Of a stretch of DNA of 64,000 nucleotides, positions 57,601 through 64,000 are shown one piece after another. This DNA comes from the human T2T-CHM13v2.0 reference genome, Homo sapiens. The first letter of the stretch is position 1. Each line of letters begins with the position of its first letter. The position numbers and the translations under genes were made by a program. Below the pieces are notes generated by a model that was given only the letters and a program-made list of their open reading frames with translations, ran no database searches and was not told where the DNA came from. Location: assembly GCF_009914755.1 (NCBI RefSeq), contig NC_060945.1; one strand, given 5' to 3'.

Positions 57601-60600
57601 AATGCAAAGGAACAGAATGGAATGGAGTGGAGTGGAGAGGAATATAGTGAAATGGAATTGAAAGGTATGCAATGAAATGGAGTGGAATTGAATTGAATGA
57701 AATGGAATGGAATGGAATGGAATGCACTGTATTGGAGTGGAGTGGAATGGAGTGGAATGAAGTGGAAGGGAATGGAACTGAATGGAGAGGAATGGAATGG
57801 AGTGGAATGGATTGGAATTGATTGGAGTGGAGTGGAGTGGAGTGTAATGGAGTGGAATGCAATGGAATGGGAAAAAATGTAATTGAACGTAGTGGAGTGG
57901 AATGGAGTGGAAAGAATGTAATGGAATGGAATGGAGTGGAATAGAGTGGAATGAAGTGGAGTGGAATGGAGTGGAGTGGAGTGGAATGGAATGGGAAGGA
58001 ATGGAATTCAATGGAGTGGAGTGGAGTTGAGAGGAGTGGAGTGGAGTGGTATGCAATGGAATGGAATGGAATTGAGTGTTGTGGATTGGAGTGGAGTGGA
58101 GTTGAGTGGAATGGAATGGAATAGAGTGGAATGGAATGGAAAAGAGTAGAATGGAGGGGAGTGGAATGGAAAGGAGAGGAGTGGAATGGAATGGAATGGA
58201 ATGGAATGGAATCAAATAGAATTTACAGGACGGAAATGGAATAACAAGGAATGGACTCGAATGGAATGGACTTGAATCGAATGGCCTCAAATGGAATGGA
58301 ATTGAATGGAATGGAATCGAATCGAATGGAATGTAACGTAATGAAATCGAGTGAAGTGGAAATGAATGAAATGGAATCAAATGGCATCGAATCGAGTCAA
58401 ATGGAATGCAATGAAGTGGAGAGGAGTGGAGCAGAATGGAGTGGAATGGAATGGATTGGAATGGAATTGAATGGAGTGGAGTGGTGGTCAGTGGAATGGA
58501 GTGGAATGGAATGTATTGGGAAAGAATGGAATTGACAAGAGTAGAGTGGAGTGCAGTGGAGTGGAGTAGAGTGGAGTGCAGTTTAATGGAGTGGAATGGA
58601 ATGGAATGGAACAGACAGGAATGGAATGAAAAGGAGTGGAGTAAAATTGAGTGGAAATGAATAGAATGGACTGGAAATTAATGGCATGGAATGGAATGGA
58701 ACGGACTCAAATTGAGTGGACTCGAATGGAATGGACTGGAATGGAATGGACACGAATGGAATGGAATGTAAGGGAATGGAATCAAATGGTATGGAATCAA
58801 ATATAGTGGAATTGAACGGAATGGAATCAAATGCACTGGAATCGAATGGTATGGAATCAAATGGCATTGAATGGAATCGCATAAAATGCTGTGAAGTGGA
58901 GTGGAGTGGAGTGGAATAGAGTGAAATGGAGTGGAATGGGTAGGAATGGAATTGAACACAGTGAAGTGGAGTGGATTGGAGTGGAATGGAATGCAAAGGA
59001 ATGAAATGGAATAGAATGGAATGGAATGGAATGGAGTGGAGGGGAGTGGATTGCAGTGGAGTGGATTGGAGTGTAATGGAGTGGAATGGAATGGAAAGGA
59101 ATGGAATGGCATGGAGTGGAATGGAATGGAATGGGAGGGAATAGAGTAGAAAGGAGTGGAATGGATAGGAGCAGAGTAAAATGGAATGGAAAGGAATGGA
59201 ATGGAATGGAATGGAATGGAATGGAATGGTGAGGAGTGGAGTCGAGTGTACTGCAGTGGAGTGGAGTGGAAAGGAATGGAATGAAATGGATTGCAATGGA
59301 ATGGAATTGATTGTAGTGGAGTGGAATGCAATAGAGTGGAATGTAGTGGAATGGAATGGAACAAAGTCAAGTGGAATGGAGTGGAGTGGAATGGAATGGA
59401 ATGGAATGGAATGGAATGGAATGGAATGGAATGGACTCGAATAGAATTGAATGGACTCAAATGGAATGGACTGGAATGCATTGGAATCAAATGGAATAGA
59501 CTCGAAAGGAATGGACTCAAATGGAATAGAATCGAATGGAATGAAATCGAATGGAATGGAATTGAATGGAATGGAATCGAAAGGAATGGAATCAAATGGC
59601 ATCGAATGGAATCGAATGGACTGCAGTGAAGTGAAGTGGAGTGGAATGGAGTGCAATGGAGTGGAATGGAGTGGAATTGAATGGGGTGAAAGGGAACTGA
59701 ATGGAGTGGAGTGCAGTGGAGTTGAATGGAGTGGAATGGAATTTAATGGTAAGGAATGAATTTGAATGGAATGGAGTGGAGTGGATTGGACTGGATTGCA
59801 ATTGAATGGAGTGGAATGGAGTTGAGTGGAGTGGAGTGGAATGGAATGGAATGGAATGGAATGGAATGGAATGGAATGGAATGGAAACGACTGGAATGCA
59901 ATGGAGAAGAATGGAATGGACTCCAATGGAATGGATTCGAATGAAATGGAATGGAATGGAATTGAATGGACTCAAATGGAATGGAATGGAATGGAATGGA
60001 CTGGAATGGAATGGATTCGAATGGAATGGACTCCAATGGAAAGGATTGGAATGGAATGGACTCCAATGGAATGGAGTTGAAAGGAATGAACTTGAATGGA
60101 ATGGAAACGAGTGGAATGGAATCAAAAGGAATGGATTCAAGAGCAAAGAAATCGAATACATGGTATCGAATGGAAAGGATTAGAAAGCAATGAAATCGAA
60201 TGCAATGGTGTCGAATGGAATGGAATCGAATGGCATGGAATGGATTGAGGTGAAGGGGAGTGGAGTGGAGTGGAATGGAGTGGAATGGAATGCGGTGGAA
60301 TGGAATTGAATGGAGTGGAGTGGAGTGGAGTGGAATGGAGTGGAATGGAATAGAGTGTAGTGAAATGCAATGGAATGGAATGGAGTGGATTGGACAGGAG
60401 TTGATTGGAGTGGAATGCAATGGAATGGAAAGGAGTGGAGTGGACTGGAGTGCAGTGGAATGGAGGGGAATGCAATATGATGGAAAGGAATGGAATAGAC
60501 TCGAATGGAATGGACTCGAGTGGAATGGACTGGAATGGAATGGACTCGAACAGAATGGACTGGAATGTAATGGACTCTAATGGAATGGACTCGAATGGAC

Positions 60601-63600
60601 CGGAATCAAATGGAATGGAATCGACTGGAATGGAATGGAATCCAGTGGAATGGAATGGAATGGCATCAAATGGAATCGAATAGAATGTGGTGAAGTGGAG
60701 TGGAGTGCAGTGGAATGGAGTGGATTTGAATAGGGAGGAATGGAAGTGAATGGAGTGGAGTGGAGTGGATTGGAGTGGAATGTAATAAAAAGGAACGGAA
60801 AGGGAAGGTTGTAATTGAACAGTGTGGAGTGGAGTGGAATGTAGCAGAGTGGAATGCAATGGAATGGAATGGAAGATAGTACAGTCGAATGGAGTGGAGT
60901 GGAGTGGAGAGGAGTGGATTAGAATGGAGTGGAATGGAAAGTAAGGGAATGAAGTGGAATGGAATGGAATGGCATGGAATGGAGTGGAATGGAATGGAAT
61001 GGAATGCAGGCGAGTGCAGTGGAATGGAATGGAATGGAATGAAATGGAGAGCGGTGAAGTGGAGTGGAGTGAATTGGAGTGGAGAAGAATGGAATGGAAT
61101 GGAATGGAATGGAATGGAATGGAATGGAATGGAATGGAGTGGAGTGGAGTGGAATGGAAGGGAATGGAATTGATAGGAATGGAATGGAGTTGAGGGTATA
61201 ATAATGGAAGAAAACAGAATGGAATGGAATGGAGTGGAATGGAGTGGCATGGAATGCAATGGAATGGAATGGAGTGGAATCGAATCTAATGGAGTCGAAT
61301 GAAATGGACTGAAATGGAAATGACAGGAATAGAATGCAGTGAAAAGGTATGGAATCGAATCAAATGGACTGGAATGGAATGGACTCAAATGGAATGGAAT
61401 CGAAATTAATGGAATCAAATGGAATGGAATCGAATGGAATGGAATTGAGTGGCATGGAATCGAATGGATTCGCCTTGAATCAAATGGAATGCGGTGAAGT
61501 GGAGTGGAAAGGAATAGATTGGAAATGAATGGGGGGAATGGAATTGAACGGAGTGGAGTGGAGTGGACTGGAATAGAGTGGAATTAATTGGAATGGGAAG
61601 GGAGGGAATTGAATGGAGTGGAGTGTAAAACGATAGAGTGGAGTGGAGTGCAGTGAAATGGAGTGGAGTAGAGTGGAATGCAATAGAGTGTTATGGAATG
61701 CAGAGGAGTGGACTGGATTGGAATGGAGTGGAGTGGAGTTGAATGGAATGGAGTTGAACGTTGTGGAGTGCAGTGGAATGGGGTGGAGTGCAATGGAAAG
61801 GAATGGAGTGGAGTGAAGTGCAGGGGAGTGGAATAGAATGGAATGGAATAGGATGGAGTGGAGTGTTGTGGAGCATATTGGAGTCAAGTGGAGTGGAATG
61901 GGAAGGAATGGAATTGAATGGAGGGGAAAAGAACGGAATCAAATGGAAAGGACTGGAATGAAATGTACTCGAGTGGAATGGAGTCAAATGAAATGGAATT
62001 GGATGGAATTGAAAAGAATGAAATGGAATTCAATGGAATGTAATCAAATGAAAGGGAGTCGAATGGCATCGAATGAAATTGAATATAATGCGCTGAAGTG
62101 GAGTGGAGTGGACTGGAATAGAATGTGGTGGAAGGGATTTGAATGGGGTGGAGTGGAGTGGAGTGGAATGAGGTGGAGTGGAGTGGAGTGGAATGGAATG
62201 GGAAGGAATGGAATTAAATGCATGCAATTCAGTGGAATGGAGTGGAACGCAATGGAATGGAATGGAATGGAGTGCAGTTGAGTGGAGTTGAGTGGAATGG
62301 AATGGAACAGAATGGAATGGAATGGAAAGGAATGGACAAGAATGCAATGGACTGGAATGGAATGGTATTGAATGGAATGGATTCAAATGGAATGGAATGG
62401 AATCCAATGGAATGGACTCGAATGGAATGGACTGGAACGGAATGGACTTGGATGGAATAAAATCTAACGGAATGGAATCGAATGGATTGGAATCAGATCG
62501 AATTGAATCAAATGGAATGGAATCGAATGGAGTGGAACCGAATGGAAAGGAATAGAATGGCATCAAAAGGAAACGAATGGAATGTGGTGAAGTTGAGTGG
62601 AGTGGAGTTTAGTGAAATGGAGTGCAGTGGAGTGGAACGGAGTGAAATGGACTGGAATGGAATGGAATGGACTGGAAAGGAATCAACTGGAATGGAATGG
62701 ACTCGAATTGAATGGAATTGCATGGAATGGAATCGAAAAGAATGGAATAGAATGGAATGGAATCGAATGGAATGAAATCAAATGGAATGGAGTCGAATGG
62801 AAAGGATTTGAATGGCATCGAATGGAATTGAATGGAATGCGGTGAAGTGGAGTGGAGTGGAGTGGAATGGAGTGAAATGAAATGGGGTGGAATGGAATTG
62901 AATGGAGTGGTGTGGTGTGGAATGCAGTGGAATGGAATGTAAAGGCAACGAATGGAATTAAAAGGAGAGGAGTGGAGTGGAGTGTATTGGAGTGGAGTGG
63001 AATGGAAGGGACTCAAGTGGAGTGGAGTTGAGTGGAATGGAGTGGAGTGGAGTGGAATGGAATGGACTCAAGTGGAATGGAGTGGAGTGGAATGGAGTGG
63101 AATAGAATAGAATGGATTGAAGAGGAATAGAGTGGAGTGAAGTGGAGTGGGGTGGAGTGCAGTGTAATGATATGGAATGGAATGGAATCGAATCGAATGG
63201 AATGGACTCGAAAGGAATGGAATCCAATGGAATGGACTTGAATACAATGGAATCGAATGGAATGGAATCGAATGAAATGCAATTGAATAGAGTGGAATTG
63301 AATGTCATCGAATTGAGGGGAATGGAATGCGGTGAAGTGGAGTGGAGTGGAGTGAAATGGAGTGGAAAGGAATGGGGTGAAATGGAATGGAATGCAGTGG
63401 AGTGGAGTTTAATGGAGTGGAATGGAAATGAATGGGAAGGAATAGAATTGAATGGAGTGGAGTGCCTTGGAATGCAATGGATTGGTGTGAAGAGGAGTGG
63501 AGTGGAAAAGAGTGGAATGCAATGGAATGTAACATAATGGAATGGAGTGGATTGGAATGGAGTAGAAAGGACTTCAGTGGAGAGGAGCGGAGGGGAGTGG

Positions 63601-64000
63601 AATAGAATGGAAAGGAAAGGAATAGAATGTAATGGTGTGGAGTAGAGTGGAATGAAATGGAATGGAAAGGATTGGAATGGAATAGAATGGAATGGAATGG
63701 AATGGACTCGAATGGAATGCAATGGAAAGGAACGGACTGGAATGGAATGGACAGGAATGGATTGGAGTCGAGGGGAAAGGAATCGAATGGAATGGAATTG
63801 AATGGAATGGGATAAATAGAATGGGATCAAATGAAATGGAATGAAATGGAGTGGAATGGAATGGCATCGAATGGAATCCAAAGGAATGCAGAGAAGTGCA
63901 GTGGAGTTGAGAGGAATGCAATGGAATGGAATGGAATGGAGTAGACTGGAGTGGAGTGGATTGTAGTGGAATTGAGTGGAGTGGAATGGAACGGAGTGGA
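33681..64000 (+). repeat. Diverged Human Satellite 3-type array, (GGAAT)n with abundant GGAGT variants, runs off the right edge
   Basis: A 5-bp period holds throughout, with variants GGAGT, CGAAT, GCAAT, GGACT, TGAAT and CAAAT. The purine-rich strand is always on +. It lacks the regular 23/26-bp GAATCATC unit typical of HSat2. No interspersed element was seen in 30 kb. Confidence 0.95.

Noticed and set aside
33677-64000. Hundreds of ORFs up to 578 aa (HSIPF.../MEWNG...)
   Set aside because: They are translations of a 5-bp repeat that rarely produces stop codons. They overlap in all frames and have no domain structure.
33681-64000. Canonical heat-shock elements or a DUX4 motif array
   Set aside because: GAA units are in direct rather than alternating nGAAnnTTCn orientation, and I saw only isolated TAATGGAATCA-like words (for example ~61407). 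A motif scan would be needed to support more.

Overview
This window is great-ape/human-type pericentromeric heterochromatin and contains no cellular gene. From left to right: (1) a 5'-truncated, dead LINE-1 (L1PA3-like, minus strand, 1-3437) that runs off the left edge; (2) about 24 kb of diverged, monomeric, CENP-B-box-free alpha satellite (171-bp unit), which switches strand at about 16597 and changes monomer type at about 23.5 kb; (3) a full-length L1 of about 6.03 kb (L1PA2/young-L1PA3-like, minus strand, 26748-32773) inserted in the alpha satellite with a 13-bp target-site duplication; and (4) from 33681 to the end, an uninterrupted, single-orientation, diverged Human Satellite 3 (GGAAT/GGAGT)n array with nested higher-order duplications (55 bp, ~370 bp, ~1.0-1.2 kb, ~4.7 kb). 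The full-length L1 has dead ORF1 and ORF2, but its antisense ORF0 (71 aa) and both ORF0 splice donors are intact. Nearly all ORFs in the supplied track are translations of satellite DNA. I do not see a clearly new biological system. The best leads are the ORF0/antisense-promoter cassette aimed at the G-rich HSat3 strand 0.9 kb away, several rearrangement ends clustered in one ~20-bp segment of the alpha monomer, and relic higher-order structure in both satellites. Subfamily and consensus comparisons are from memory, not from a database search.
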